Shown piece by piece: positions 19,002 to 30,378 of a stretch of DNA of 64,000 bases. Position 1 is the stretch's first letter, and each line of letters starts with the position of its first letter. Under the pieces are notes generated by a model that did not search any database, was not told where the DNA came from, and worked only from the letters and a program-made list of their open reading frames with translations. A program made the position numbers and the translations under genes. The stretch comes from an uncultured Chloroflexia bacterium (GTDB taxonomy: Bacteria > Chloroflexota > Limnocylindria > Limnocylindrales > CSP1-4), in NCBI GenBank assembly GCA_963707215.1, contig CAVPPB010000003.1:1024001-1088000 (forward strand), given 5' to 3'.

Positions 19002-19903
19002 CACGGTCCTTCCTGGTCGGCGGGATGCCCCGACGGGGCGATCGCCTCGTCGGTGGTCAGCTCGGACGGTCGGTCGCCCTCCTCGCCGGAGAAGCCCAGG
19101 TGATGACGGATCTCGATGGCCGCGCCGGCGATGGCCGGGTCCTCGAGATCACCAGCCCGGCGGGGACGGCCGAGCGGGCTGGCGACCTCGGCGATGATCC
19201 GCCCGGGCCTGGGCGACATCACCAGGACTCGATCGGCGAGGAACAGGGCCTCCCGGATGCTGTGGGTCACCATGACGATCGTCGTCGCGGTCCGTGCCCA
19301 GAGCTTCAGGAGCTCGACGTTGAACCGCTCGCGGGTCAGCGCATCGAGCGCCGAGAAGGGCTCGTCGAGCAGGAGGACCTCGGGCTCCAGGGCCAGCGCA
19401 CGGGCGATGGCGGCACGCTGGCGCATGCCCCCGGACAGCTCATGGGGGCGCAGCGTGGCCGCTCGCTCGAGCCCGACCCTGGTCAGCAGCTCGGCCGCCC
19501 TGGCCCGACCCTCCGCGCGGGTGACGCCGGCCAGCTCGAGTGGCAGGGCGACGTTGTCGAGCGTGTCGCGCCAGGGCAGCAGCCTGGCTTCCTGGAAGAC
19601 GAAACCGGCACCGGCGTCCGGGCCGTCAACGCGGTGGCTGCCGAGCTCGACGATCCCGGCCTCGGGAGCCAGTAGGCCGCCGGCGACGCGCAGCATCGTG
19701 CTCTTGCCGCAGCCGTTCGGCCCGATGAGGGCGACGACCTCGCGATGCGCGATCGACAGGTCGACGCCGTCGAGGGCGACCAGGCGATCGGGCCCGGACC
19801 CGAAGGCCACGCGAACGCCGTCCAGTCGCAGCGCCGGACCACTCGTGACCCCGCCTGGAGCCTGGTCCGCTGGAGCGGCTGACCCGCTGGTGATCGTCGA
19901 CAT
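19001..19903 (-). CDS. ABC ATPase (SsuB/TauB-like) of the riboflavin importer
   Basis: GPNGCGKST, VFQEARLLPW, LSGGMRQR, DEPFSALD. Confidence 0.88.
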   Translation of the reverse strand: MSTITSGSAAPADQAPGGVTSGPALRLDGVRVAFGSGPDRLVALDGVDLSIAHREVVALIGPNGCGKSTMLRVAGGLLAPEAGIVELGSHRVDGPDAGAGFVFQEARLLPWRDTLDNVALPLELAGVTRAEGRARAAELLTRVGLERAATLRPHELSGGMRQRAAIARALALEPEVLLLDEPFSALDALTRERFNVELLKLWARTATTIVMVTHSIREALFLADRVLVMSPRPGRIIAEVASPLGRPRRAGDLEDPAIAGAAIEIRHHLGFSGEEGDRPSELTTDEAIAPSGHPADQEGP

Positions 19904-19976
19904 CCCGTGCTCGAACCTCTCGAGGCTCCGGGGAACGACCGACGGCGGGCCGCCGCGCACACGCGCGAAACGACCC

Positions 19977-20146
19977 GGCCCTCTTCCATCCGGACTGTCA
20001 CCGTCGGCTCCGGTCGGACCGACGCAGGCGTCGGCCCCTCGGATCTGCTGCACCCGGCTGACGCCGGGCCGCTCGTGGGCTCGTCCCGTCCGCAAGCGGA
20101 CCGGGACCCTACCACCGGTCGGGAATCGCACCCTGCCCCGAAGGCC
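19977..20146 (-). ncRNA. FMN riboswitch (RFN element), variant L3/L5
   Basis: Minus strand reads CTTCGGGGCAGGGTGCGATTCCCGACCGGTGGT..AGCCCACGAGC..GCAGATCCG..CCGGAGCCGACGGTGACAGTCCGGATGGAAGAG; extended -10 TGCTACCAT just upstream. Confidence 0.93.
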
Positions 20147-20210
20147 GACGGCATGGTAGCACGGGGGCCTCGCCTCTCGGCAGGCAGCGTTCCGGCAGGG
20201 CCCGGGCCGC

Positions 20211-21431
<1,221 letters not shown>

Positions 21432-21652
21432 GGGGCCCTCCTGCGGACCGCCGGAGCGTAGCACGGGGCACGCCCGCTGGCGGCAGCCGGCCGGAGCCCG
21501 ACGGCGATGGGGCCATGCCACGCCGGTACCTTCGGTCGGCTGACCGCACCGGACCGCTCCCCGAGCATCGCCGAGGTGGCAGACGCCACAACGTCCGTCA
21601 TCCCCAGGCCGCCGCCGATGCGGTGGCGATCGGACCCGAGGTGCACTCGACG

Positions 21653-23567
21653 ATGCCCAGGACACCCGACGCTGCGTTCGCGCGCCGTGCGATCGCAGCC
21701 GTCGCCCTCGCGGTCCTGGTGGGATCGCCCCTCGCCCTCTCCCTGCCCGAGGTTGGGCGAGCGGCAGCGAGCCTCACGATCGCACCCATCACCTGGGACG
21801 TGATCGGCCTCGATTCGAACAAGCCGGGTACCGAGGGTCCGGACACCTATCCGGTGGGAGCCCGGGTCTGCAACAGCGGGGACTCGGCCGCCTCGAACGT
21901 CACGGCCACCTTCACCTGGGACAGCGCCAACCCCGACATCGTGCTGGAGCCCGGAAGCTCGTCGACGATCTCGGTCCCGACGCTGGCCACCGGGTCCTGC
22001 GCGGACGCGTACTTCAACGTCCGGGTGAACCGGGAGAAGACGGTCATCGATACCGCCCGCGGATACCACATCACGGCGGCCGCCGATGGCGGTGTCGGTC
22101 CTGTCTCGACGCCGGCCGGGCGGCAGCTCTACGTCCAGGGCCTGGTCTCCCAGGCGCGGAACACTGTGGTCTCCATCACCGGCCCAGGTGGCACCCCGGC
22201 GCCGACCACCGTCGTCGTGGGCCAGCAGTACACCTACGTGCTCACCTCGGAGACCGCGCCGGGCGGCTACGAGCAGTTCGAGACCTTCCTGGACTTCCCC
22301 AACGTGATCTTCCGGATCGTCTCGGTGGACGCCGCCTACCAGACGCCGGCCGGCCACTCGACCGACACGCTCTACACGGATGCCTGTGGATGGCAGCCCG
22401 ACCCCGCGCTCACCGACTACCTCGAGTGTGTCGGCCCGGACAAAGTCGCCGGTGGCAAGGCCGGCGACATGGTCGTGACGACCTACGTGGTCGAGATCCT
22501 TTCGACCGGGGTCTCGACGGTGGGCGCGCTCATCTACGACATGTCCGGCGCCAGCTACCACTACAACGCCGACTTCGGCGAGACGATCCTGTCGATCACC
22601 GCGGTCGACCCTGAGCCCTCCCCGAGCCCATCGCCCGAGCCCAGCCCGAGCCCGTCGCCCGAGCCCAGCCCGAGCCCGAGTCCATCGCCGTCGCCCAGCC
22701 CGTCGCCCGAGCCCGAGCCCGTCGCCCGAGCCCAGCCCGAGCCCGAGCCCTCGCCGAGCCCCGAGCCGAGCCCGAGCCCGACCCCGTCGCCGAGCCCGAG
22801 CCCGTCGCCCATCCCGAGCCCGAGTCCATCGCCGTCGCCCAGCCCGTCGCCCGAGCCCGAGCCCGTCGCCCGAGCCCAGCCCGAGCCCGAGTCCGTCGCC
22901 CGAGCCCAGCCCGTCGCCCGCGCCCAGCCCGAGCCCGTCGCCGAGCCCAGCCCGAGCCCGAGTCCATCGCCGTCGCCAAGCCCCGAGCCCGAGTCCCTCG
23001 CCGAGCCCGAGCCCATCGCCGTCGCCGACTCCGAGCCCGTCGCCCGAGCCCAGCCCGTCGCCCGAGCCCAGCCCGAGCCCGAGCCCGGATCCCTCGCCGA
23101 GCCCATCGCCGAGCCCGAGCCCCAGTCCGTCACCATCGCCGGACCCGAGTCCGAGCCCGTCGCCAGACCCGAGCCCGAGCCCGTCGCCAGACCCGAGCCC
23201 GTCGCCGAGCCCGAGCCCGGATCCCTCGCCGAGTCCGAGCCCCTCGCCGTCCCCGAGCCCGTCGCCGAGTCCGAGTCCGAGCCCGAGCCCGGATCCCAGC
23301 CCTGAGCCGAGTCCGTCGCCGAGTCCGAGCCCAAGCCCGAGCCCGTCCGGTGGCCTGGGCGGGGTCGGCTCCGGGAACGGCGGCGTGGACGGTAGCAACG
23401 GCGAGAACGAGAGTGGCGGCAACCAGCTCCCCGACACGGCCACCCTGCCAGGCCAGCTCGGAGCGTCCTCACCGGCATCGGTCATGGTGGCCCTGGCGAT
23501 CGCCGCCATGGCCGGCTGGTTCCTCGTCGGCCGTTCCAGCGTCCGGACGCGCCCACGGAGCCGCTGA
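21653..23567 (+). CDS. Secreted surface protein: N-terminal beta-rich domains, long Pro/Ser(Glu) stalk, LPDTA + TM + basic tail; frame broken within the repeat
   Basis: Signal peptide; [19 protein letters not shown] domain. The C-terminus (..[43 protein letters not shown]) is in a different frame from the N-terminus. Confidence 0.78.
22610..23348 (+). repeat. Degenerate tandem repeat of AGCCCG/TCGCCC hexamers (~740 bp)
   Basis: Directly visible arrays of gagccc/agcccg/tcgccc; reads SP, EP or RA depending on frame. Confidence 0.95.
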
Positions 23568-23614
23568 GCCGAGAGCCACCTCGCCTCCCGGACCCTCGTG
23601 CTAGGGTCCGACCG

Positions 23615-24854
23615 ATGAGCGACGCCTCGGGACCACCACCCTCGACGGCATCCCCTCGATCCCGATCCACTCGACGATGCCGATCCGCTGGCGGGCTTTG
23701 GCCGGCGCTTCGTCGTCGAGGACCCGGACCTGATCTACCTCGATGGCAACTCGCTGGGCCGGTTGCCACGCCGGACCGTCGTCCGCCTGGGGCAGGTCAT
23801 CGAGCGGGAGTGGGGACGCGAGCTCATCCGCGGCTGGGACCACTGGATGGACCTGCCGACGAGGGTCGGTGACCGGATCGCCGGGTCGGTCCTCGGCGCC
23901 CGTCCGGGCGAGGTGCTCGTTGGCGACTCGACGACGGTGAGCCTGTATCGACTCCTCGTTGCCGCTCTCGATCTCCGCCCTGACCGGCGGGCCGTCGTCG
24001 CGGCCCGGGGGGACTTCCCGACCGATCGCTACGTCGTTGCGGAGGTCGCGGCATCACGCGGACTCGAGATCCGTTGGCTGGAGCCGGACCCGGTGGACGG
24101 GCCGTCCGTCGGGGATGTCGAGGCCGCCCTCGACGAGGACGTCGCGGTCGTCGTCCTGAGCCACGTCCACTATCGGTCAGCCGCCATCGCCGACCTGGCA
24201 GGGATCACCGCGGCCGCCCGGAAGGTGGGGGCGCTGGCCCTGTGGGACCTGAGCCACGCCGCCGGTGCGGTGCCGGTCGAGCTCACGGCAGCAGAGGCCG
24301 ACCTCGCGGTCGGCTGCACCTACAAGTACCTCAACGGCGGCCCCGGCGCCCCAGCCTTCCTGTACGTTCGAAGGGAGCTCCAGGACGCGCTCCGGGCACC
24401 CATCCACGGCTGGATAGCGGCACGTGACGTCTTCGCCATGGCGCCCCAGTGGGAGCGTGCTCGTGGGATCGCTGGGTTCGCAGCCGGGACGCCGCCCATC
24501 CTGGGCCTGGTCGCCGTCGACGAGGGCGTCGCCGTCGTCGAGGAGGCCGGCCTGGTGGCGATCCGTGCGAAAGGCATCGCGCTGACCGAGTACGCCATCG
24601 GACTCCACGATGCCTGGCTCGCACCGCTGGGCGCGCGGCTTGGCAGCCCGCGCGACCCGGCCCGGCGCGGCGCCCACGTCGCCCTCGGGCACCCCGACGC
24701 GCAGCGCCTGACCGCGGCCCTGGCCGACCGGCAGGTGATCGTGGACTACCGCAGGCCCGACACCATCCGGCTGGGTCTGTCGCCCCTGACGACCAGCTTC
24801 CGTGACGTACGGCAGGCCGCGCTCCGGCTTCGCGACCTGATGGCGGCCGGCTAG
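23615..24854 (+). CDS. kynU: Kynureninase, with a +1 frameshift near 23655
   Basis: DPLAGF..IYLDGNSLG, FPTDRY, WDLSHAAG, GCTYKYLNGGPG. ATG 23615 is out of frame; removing one C from TCCCC (23651-23655) fuses the ORF. Confidence 0.88.
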
Positions 24855-26809
24855 CCGCGGACGAGCTCGACCGGAGGGATCGGGTCGGCTGGCTGGAAAC
24901 CGAGGACCTGCCCGAGGAACGACAGCTCGGCCTCGAACGCGCGCCGGATGCTCGCGGCCTGGCGGAACCCGTGGTCCTCTCCCGGGAACAGGATGTAGGC
25001 GTGGGGGATGCCGTTCGCCCGGAGCGCGCCGACGATCCGCTCGGCCTCGCTCGGCGGGACGACCCGGTCCTCCTCCCCCTGCAGGACCAGGACCGGGGCC
25101 CGGATCCCCTCGGCATGGAGGCTTGGTGAGCGAGCTTCGTAGCGCTCGCGTGCCTCCGGCCAGGGCCCCACGAGTCCATAGACGTAGCGCGACTCGAACT
25201 TGTGGGTGTCCTCGACGAAGCCGCGGAGGTCACCGATCCCGAAGTAGCTGATGCCGCCGGCGAAGATGTGCCGGAACGCCAGGGCAGCGAGCGTCGTGAA
25301 GCCCGAGGCGCTGCCGCCACGGACGACCATGCGAGCCCCATCGACGCGGCCCTGGTCGGCCAGCCAGCGTGCGCCGGCGACGCAGTCGTCGACGTCGACG
25401 ATCCCCCACCCGCCCTCGAGCCGCTCGCGGTAGCTCCGGCCATAGCCGGTCGACCCGCCGTAGTCGACGTCGAGGACGGCGATGCCGCGTGAGGTGAAGG
25501 CCTGGGTCGTCAGCGAGAGCGCGGTGTTGGCCGCCGAGGTCGGGCCGCCGTGGCTGGTCACGACGATCGGCGGCAGCTCGGCGTCGGGGGCCCGGAACCG
25601 GGGGTTGTGGGGCAGGTACAGGATGCCCCGCGCGGTCCGGCCGCCGTCGGTCGGGAACTCGACGGGCTGGCCGACCGAGATGTCCGCCGGGTCGAGGGCG
25701 TGGCTGCCGCCTCGCCGGATGACCTCGACGACCCCGGACGCGAGGTCGATGGCCACGATGGCGAGGCCCGATGTCGGCGAGGCGGCGACCGCGATCGCCC
25801 GGTCGCCCTGGACGTCGATCGAACCGATCTCCGTGAACGCGGTCGCAACCTCGGTCAGGGCGCCGGGCTCGGGCCCCACGAGGTAGAGGCGGTCGCGGCT
25901 GTCGCGACGGCCGACCGCAGCGACGCGACCGTCCGACAGCGGCGCGAACGTGTGCTCGCCGAAGGTCCATTCCGGGTAGGCGAACTCCACCTCGACCGAC
26001 GTCATCGCCGTGACCAGTCCGTCGCACCAGCGGCTGAGCTGGGCCCACTCGCCGGGTTCGGCGACGAACCAGAGCGAGCCGTCGGGCATCCAGCGGGGCT
26101 GGCCGACCCAGGTGGAGGCGTCACCAGCGAGTCGCTCGGCGCCCTCGATAGAGCCGTCACCAGCGAGACGGCCGACCCACAGCTCGGTGCCGTCCCAGGG
26201 CATGTTCGGGTGGTCCCACTGGAGCCACGCGACCTGCGAGCCATCGGGCGAGATGCGCGGCGCCGCGTAGAAGTCCCGGCCCTCGGCGAGCACCGTCACG
26301 GAGCCATCGGCAAGGTCGACGGCGACGAGCGCGTTCTCCCACTCGCCGTGCCGCTGGGCCGTTGCCGGCTCGTGGTCCTCTCGGATCGCCAGCAGCCGGC
26401 CCCGAGGCTCGTCCGGCTCGAGATCGGCGTACCGCCAGGCCCGCTGCGGCGTCAGCGGCGCCCACGCGCCGTCGGCACCGAGCCGGAGGAGTCGTCCGGT
26501 CGCGAAATCGGAGATGACGGCGAGGTCGCCACGGACCAGGAACGGCGCCCCGCCGTACTCGTGGACCCGGCTGCGGACGTTGACGTCCGGCGGGCTCACG
26601 TCGGACGTCGAGCGGTCCGGCGAGCGACGGACGACGACCTGGCGGCCGCCCTCGGCCGGGCGGCCCTCCAGCCAGACGAGGTCGTCGCCATCCACCATGA
26701 CCTCGATGAGCCGGACGGCGCCCTCGGTCAGCCAGTCGACGGGGAACGGCGCCTGCCAGCTCCCGTAGGGGGCGACGATCGGCTCGGATCCCCCGGCAGC
26801 ATCGGCCAT
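24851..26809 (-). CDS. S9 family (prolyl oligopeptidase-like) peptidase
   Basis: APYGSW, VHEYGG, HGGPT, nucleophile GGSASG, QGEEDRVV, EDHGF. Confidence 0.92.
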   Translation of the reverse strand: MADAAGGSEPIVAPYGSWQAPFPVDWLTEGAVRLIEVMVDGDDLVWLEGRPAEGGRQVVVRRSPDRSTSDVSPPDVNVRSRVHEYGGAPFLVRGDLAVISDFATGRLLRLGADGAWAPLTPQRAWRYADLEPDEPRGRLLAIREDHEPATAQRHGEWENALVAVDLADGSVTVLAEGRDFYAAPRISPDGSQVAWLQWDHPNMPWDGTELWVGRLAGDGSIEGAERLAGDASTWVGQPRWMPDGSLWFVAEPGEWAQLSRWCDGLVTAMTSVEVEFAYPEWTFGEHTFAPLSDGRVAAVGRRDSRDRLYLVGPEPGALTEVATAFTEIGSIDVQGDRAIAVAASPTSGLAIVAIDLASGVVEVIRRGGSHALDPADISVGQPVEFPTDGGRTARGILYLPHNPRFRAPDAELPPIVVTSHGGPTSAANTALSLTTQAFTSRGIAVLDVDYGGSTGYGRSYRERLEGGWGIVDVDDCVAGARWLADQGRVDGARMVVRGGSASGFTTLAALAFRHIFAGGISYFGIGDLRGFVEDTHKFESRYVYGLVGPWPEARERYEARSPSLHAEGIRAPVLVLQGEEDRVVPPSEAERIVGALRANGIPHAYILFPGEDHGFRQAASIRRAFEAELSFLGQVLGFQPADPIPPVELVRG

Positions 26810-26813
26810 CGGC

Positions 26814-28085
26814 CTACGTCCCGTGCCGCCAGGAGGCGACGTACTCGGCCTGCTCGGGGGTCATCGGCTCGAGCTCGATGCCGAGCGCGGCCAGCTTGAG
26901 ACGGGCGACCTCGCGGTCGATCGCCTCGGGGACGACATAGACCCGCTGTTCCAGCTCGCCGTGATGGGCCACGACCCACTCGGCCGAGAGGGCCTGGTTG
27001 GCGAAGCTCATGTCCATGACCGCGGCCGGATGGCCCTCGGCCGCACCGAGATTGACGAGGCGACCCTCGGCGATCAGGTGGATCGTCTTGCCGCCCACCT
27101 CGAAGGCCTGGACGTTCTCGCGCACCTCCGCGATGTTGCCCTCCGCCATCGACCGGAGGGCCGGCAGGTCGAGCTCGGCGTCGAAGTGCCCGCTGTTGGC
27201 CATGATGGCCCCATGGCGCATCGCCTCGAAGTGCTCGCGCCGGAAGACGTTGATGTTGCCCGTAGCGGTGATGAAGAGCTCTCCCCACGGAGCGGCCTCG
27301 GTGGCGGTCATGACCTGGTAGCCGTCCATGAGCGCCTCGAGCGCCGGGACCGGGTCGACCTCCACCACGGCGACGTGGGCCCCCATCCCGGCCATCCGGC
27401 TGGCGATCCCGCGGCCGACCCAGCCGTAGCCGGCGACCACGACGTTGCGGCCGGCGATGAGGATGTTGGTCGCCCGCAGGATCCCGTCGAGGGTGCTCTG
27501 GCCCGTCCCGTAGCGGTTGTCGAAGAGGTGCTTCGTCATCGCCTCGTTGACGGCGATGACCGGGAACCGGAGCGCCCCGTCGGCAGCCATGGCCCGCAGC
27601 CGGATGACTCCGGTCGTCGTCTCCTCGGTCCCGGCCATGACCTCGCCGACCTGGTCCGGCCGTTGGCTGTGGAGGAGCGAGACCAGGTCGCAGCCGTCGT
27701 CCATCGTCACGACCGGGTGGGCGTCGGCGACGGCGTCGAGGTGCGCGTAGTAGGTGTCGCGGTCTTCGCCCCGCCGGGCGTAGACGGGGATGCCGTAGCT
27801 GGCGACCAGCGCCGCCGCGACGTCGTCCTGGGTCGACAACGGGTTGGAGGCGGCGAGGCTGACCTGGGCACCGCCGGCAGCCAGGGTCCGGGCCAGGTTG
27901 GCGGTCTCGGTCGTGACATGGAGACAGGCGCCGATGCGGATGCCGTCGAGCGGGCGCTCCCGCTCGAAGCGCTCCCGGATCGCCCGCAGCACGGGCATCT
28001 CCCGCTCGGCCCACTCGATCCGGCGGACCCCCGCGTCGGCCAGGCCCAGGTCGGTGACGTCATGGGGCGGCAGGCTGGTGCTCAT
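26814..28085 (-). CDS. ahcY: Adenosylhomocysteinase
   Basis: [49 protein letters not shown]. Confidence 0.96.
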   Translation of the reverse strand: MSTSLPPHDVTDLGLADAGVRRIEWAEREMPVLRAIRERFERERPLDGIRIGACLHVTTETANLARTLAAGGAQVSLAASNPLSTQDDVAAALVASYGIPVYARRGEDRDTYYAHLDAVADAHPVVTMDDGCDLVSLLHSQRPDQVGEVMAGTEETTTGVIRLRAMAADGALRFPVIAVNEAMTKHLFDNRYGTGQSTLDGILRATNILIAGRNVVVAGYGWVGRGIASRMAGMGAHVAVVEVDPVPALEALMDGYQVMTATEAAPWGELFITATGNINVFRREHFEAMRHGAIMANSGHFDAELDLPALRSMAEGNIAEVRENVQAFEVGGKTIHLIAEGRLVNLGAAEGHPAAVMDMSFANQALSAEWVVAHHGELEQRVYVVPEAIDREVARLKLAALGIELEPMTPEQAEYVASWRHGT

Positions 28086-28948
28086 CGATCGGGCTCCCTT
28101 GGTGACAGGAACAGGCGACGGATCGGGGCGGTCAGGGCAGCCAGCGGCGAGCCGATCCGATGGACGAGGCGCTCCTCGAAGCGCGTGTGCTCGCGATAGC
28201 CGAGCCGCCGATAGGCATTGACGGCCGGGGGGTTGTCCGCACGGACGTTGAGGACGACCTGATCACAGGTGCGCAGAAGCTCCTGGGTCACCGCGGCCGT
28301 TGTCGCCTTCGCATAGCCCTTGCCCCGGAACTCCGCGGCGGTCAACACGTTGCCGACGACCGCCAGCCGGGCATCCTGGCTGACGACATGGGTCCCAGCC
28401 GCGGCGACCAGTCGTCCCCGGACGCGGATCCCGCAGTAGACACCCTCGGTGATCGCCGCAGCAGGCAGCCAGGAGGCGAAGCCGAGCTGGTACAGGCGGT
28501 TCAGGTCGCCGCTGTCGGTCGCGGTCAGCCGCTGCACCTCGGCCGGGAACGGTACGAACCGGTCGGCATCGACCCACATCCGGATCATGGCTCCGCCCGG
28601 GTCCACGCGGTAGGCCGTCTCGATCGCCTCCAGGGCCTCGGTCCGGACGGCCACGTATGCGGCCCGTGGGCGGACGACGTCACGCAGGATGGCGGCGATC
28701 CCCTCGTTCGAGCCCATCACGAACATCGGCTGCGGCGTCACGCCGGCGTACTCGAGGGCGACGGCGACCGGTCGATCGCCGTCGAGCGCGGCGGCCCAAC
28801 GGGTCCGCCGGAACTCCCTGTCGTCGAGATCGCAGATGGCATACGCGGCGAAGAGGCGGTCCTGCTCGAGGAACGCCCGGAGCATCCCCCGGTCCGTCGT
28901 GGTCCGGGTGACCAGCCGGCCGGCAGCCGTGGCCGCGGTGGTGACCAT
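28082..28948 (-). CDS. GNAT acetyltransferase (FR47-like C-terminal domain)
   Basis: [26 protein letters not shown]; overlaps both neighbours. Confidence 0.85.
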   Translation of the reverse strand: MVTTAATAAGRLVTRTTTDRGMLRAFLEQDRLFAAYAICDLDDREFRRTRWAAALDGDRPVAVALEYAGVTPQPMFVMGSNEGIAAILRDVVRPRAAYVAVRTEALEAIETAYRVDPGGAMIRMWVDADRFVPFPAEVQRLTATDSGDLNRLYQLGFASWLPAAAITEGVYCGIRVRGRLVAAAGTHVVSQDARLAVVGNVLTAAEFRGKGYAKATTAAVTQELLRTCDQVVLNVRADNPPAVNAYRRLGYREHTRFEERLVHRIGSPLAALTAPIRRLFLSPREPDR

Positions 28949-30369
28949 CAAGCGCCCGCCCGGGGGACGCCAGGGGCGTCGTCGGCCACCTGCTCGGCCA
29001 CGGTCCGATCGGCCACGAACGCGGCGTGGGCCGGCGGGTGGGCACGACGCTCGCGGTTGCGGGCGAACGCCTCGGCGATCTCGCGGTCGAAGGGCGGCCG
29101 AAGGACGCCCTCGTCGGTGACGATCCCGGTGATGAGGTCGTGGGGAGTCACGTCGAAGGCCGGGTTGAAGGCCTCGCTGCCGGCCGGGGCGATCGACTGG
29201 CCGGCCAGCCGGGTCACCTCGGTCGCCGGACGCTCCTCGATCGGGATCGTCGATCCGTCGGGCAGCATCCGGTCGAACGACGTCAGCGGGGCGCAGACGT
29301 AGAAGGGCACGCCGTGGCGCGCCGCCAGCACGGCCAGCGGGTAGGTCCCGACCTTGTTGGCCGTGTCTCCGTTGGCCGCGATCCGGTCGGCCCCCACGAG
29401 GACGACGTCGACACGGCCAGCCGACAGCAACGAAGCCGCAGCGACATCGGGCAGCACGGCGTGGGGGACCCCTGCCTGCCCGAGCTCCCAGGCAGTCAGT
29501 CGGGCCCCCTGGAGCACGGGTCGGGTCTCGTCCACCCAGACGTGGACCGGGCGCTCGTCGTGGTGGAGGACCTGGACGATGCCGAGGGCCGTCCCGAACT
29601 GGCCGCAGGCGAGCGGCCCGGTATTGCAGTGGGTAAGGATCCGGAGCGGCCGGTCACCGGGATCAGGCATGGCATCGGCGCCGAAGCGGGCAAGCCGGCC
29701 ATGGTCGTCGGTCGCCTCGAAGACGATCGCCTCGGCCTCCGCTCGCAACGCATCGGCGACGGCCTGGCCATCCTCGTTGAGGTCGCCGACGGCATCGAGG
29801 CGAGCCAGCATCCGGTCGACGGCCCACTGCAGGTTGACCGCGGTCGGCCGGCTCCGCGCGAGCCCGGCCGCAGCCCCGCGGATCGACGCCCGGCGGGCGT
29901 ACGGACGGGTGGCCCGCAGCCGGTTGGCGGACAGCGCAAGGGCGATCGCGGCGACCTGACCGATGGCCGGAGCCCCGCGGACCGCGAGCTCCCGGATCGC
30001 CTGGACCGCATCCGAGGCGGACCGGATGTCGAGGTCCACGAGCTCGCCGGGCAGGCGTCGCTGATCGACGACATGGAGGACATCGCCGTCCCAGCGGAAG
30101 GCCGTCCGGAAGCCCATCGCCCCGATGCCGACCTTCGAGGGCACCGACATCCCCAGGCGGGCCGGTGCACCGTCCGGGTCCATGATGACCGCGGCAGCCT
30201 CGGCGGTCGTTCGCTGGATGGCCCCGGCGGCTCCGGCGACGGTCGCGGCGGTCTGGATCAGGTCCCCGGCGAGCTGGCGGAAGAACCGCCGTCGACCGAG
30301 GTCCGCCCCTTCGGTGTCGTCGGGCGTCGGACCCGGCGGGGACGCGTCGGGGAGTTCGCCGGGAGGCAA
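28948..30369 (-). CDS. mtnA: Methylthioribose-1-phosphate isomerase with long N-terminal extension
   Basis: DQRRLP, VRGAPAIG, SRPTAVNL, THCNTG, ETRP, GADRI, NKVGTY, NPAFDVTP. Confidence 0.92.
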   Translation of the reverse strand: MPPGELPDASPPGPTPDDTEGADLGRRRFFRQLAGDLIQTAATVAGAAGAIQRTTAEAAAVIMDPDGAPARLGMSVPSKVGIGAMGFRTAFRWDGDVLHVVDQRRLPGELVDLDIRSASDAVQAIRELAVRGAPAIGQVAAIALALSANRLRATRPYARRASIRGAAAGLARSRPTAVNLQWAVDRMLARLDAVGDLNEDGQAVADALRAEAEAIVFEATDDHGRLARFGADAMPDPGDRPLRILTHCNTGPLACGQFGTALGIVQVLHHDERPVHVWVDETRPVLQGARLTAWELGQAGVPHAVLPDVAAASLLSAGRVDVVLVGADRIAANGDTANKVGTYPLAVLAARHGVPFYVCAPLTSFDRMLPDGSTIPIEERPATEVTRLAGQSIAPAGSEAFNPAFDVTPHDLITGIVTDEGVLRPPFDREIAEAFARNRERRAHPPAHAAFVADRTVAEQVADDAPGVPRAGA

Positions 30370-30378
30370 TGGACGACC

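Noticed and set aside
21432-21652. SAM riboswitch upstream of metK
   Set aside because: No SAM-I/II/IV consensus recognisable; an extended -10 (TGCTACGCT, ~21455-21463) leaves only a ~20-nt leader.
22610-23348. Possible CRISPR array
   Set aside because: Continuous short-period coding repeats with no unique spacers and no cas genes.
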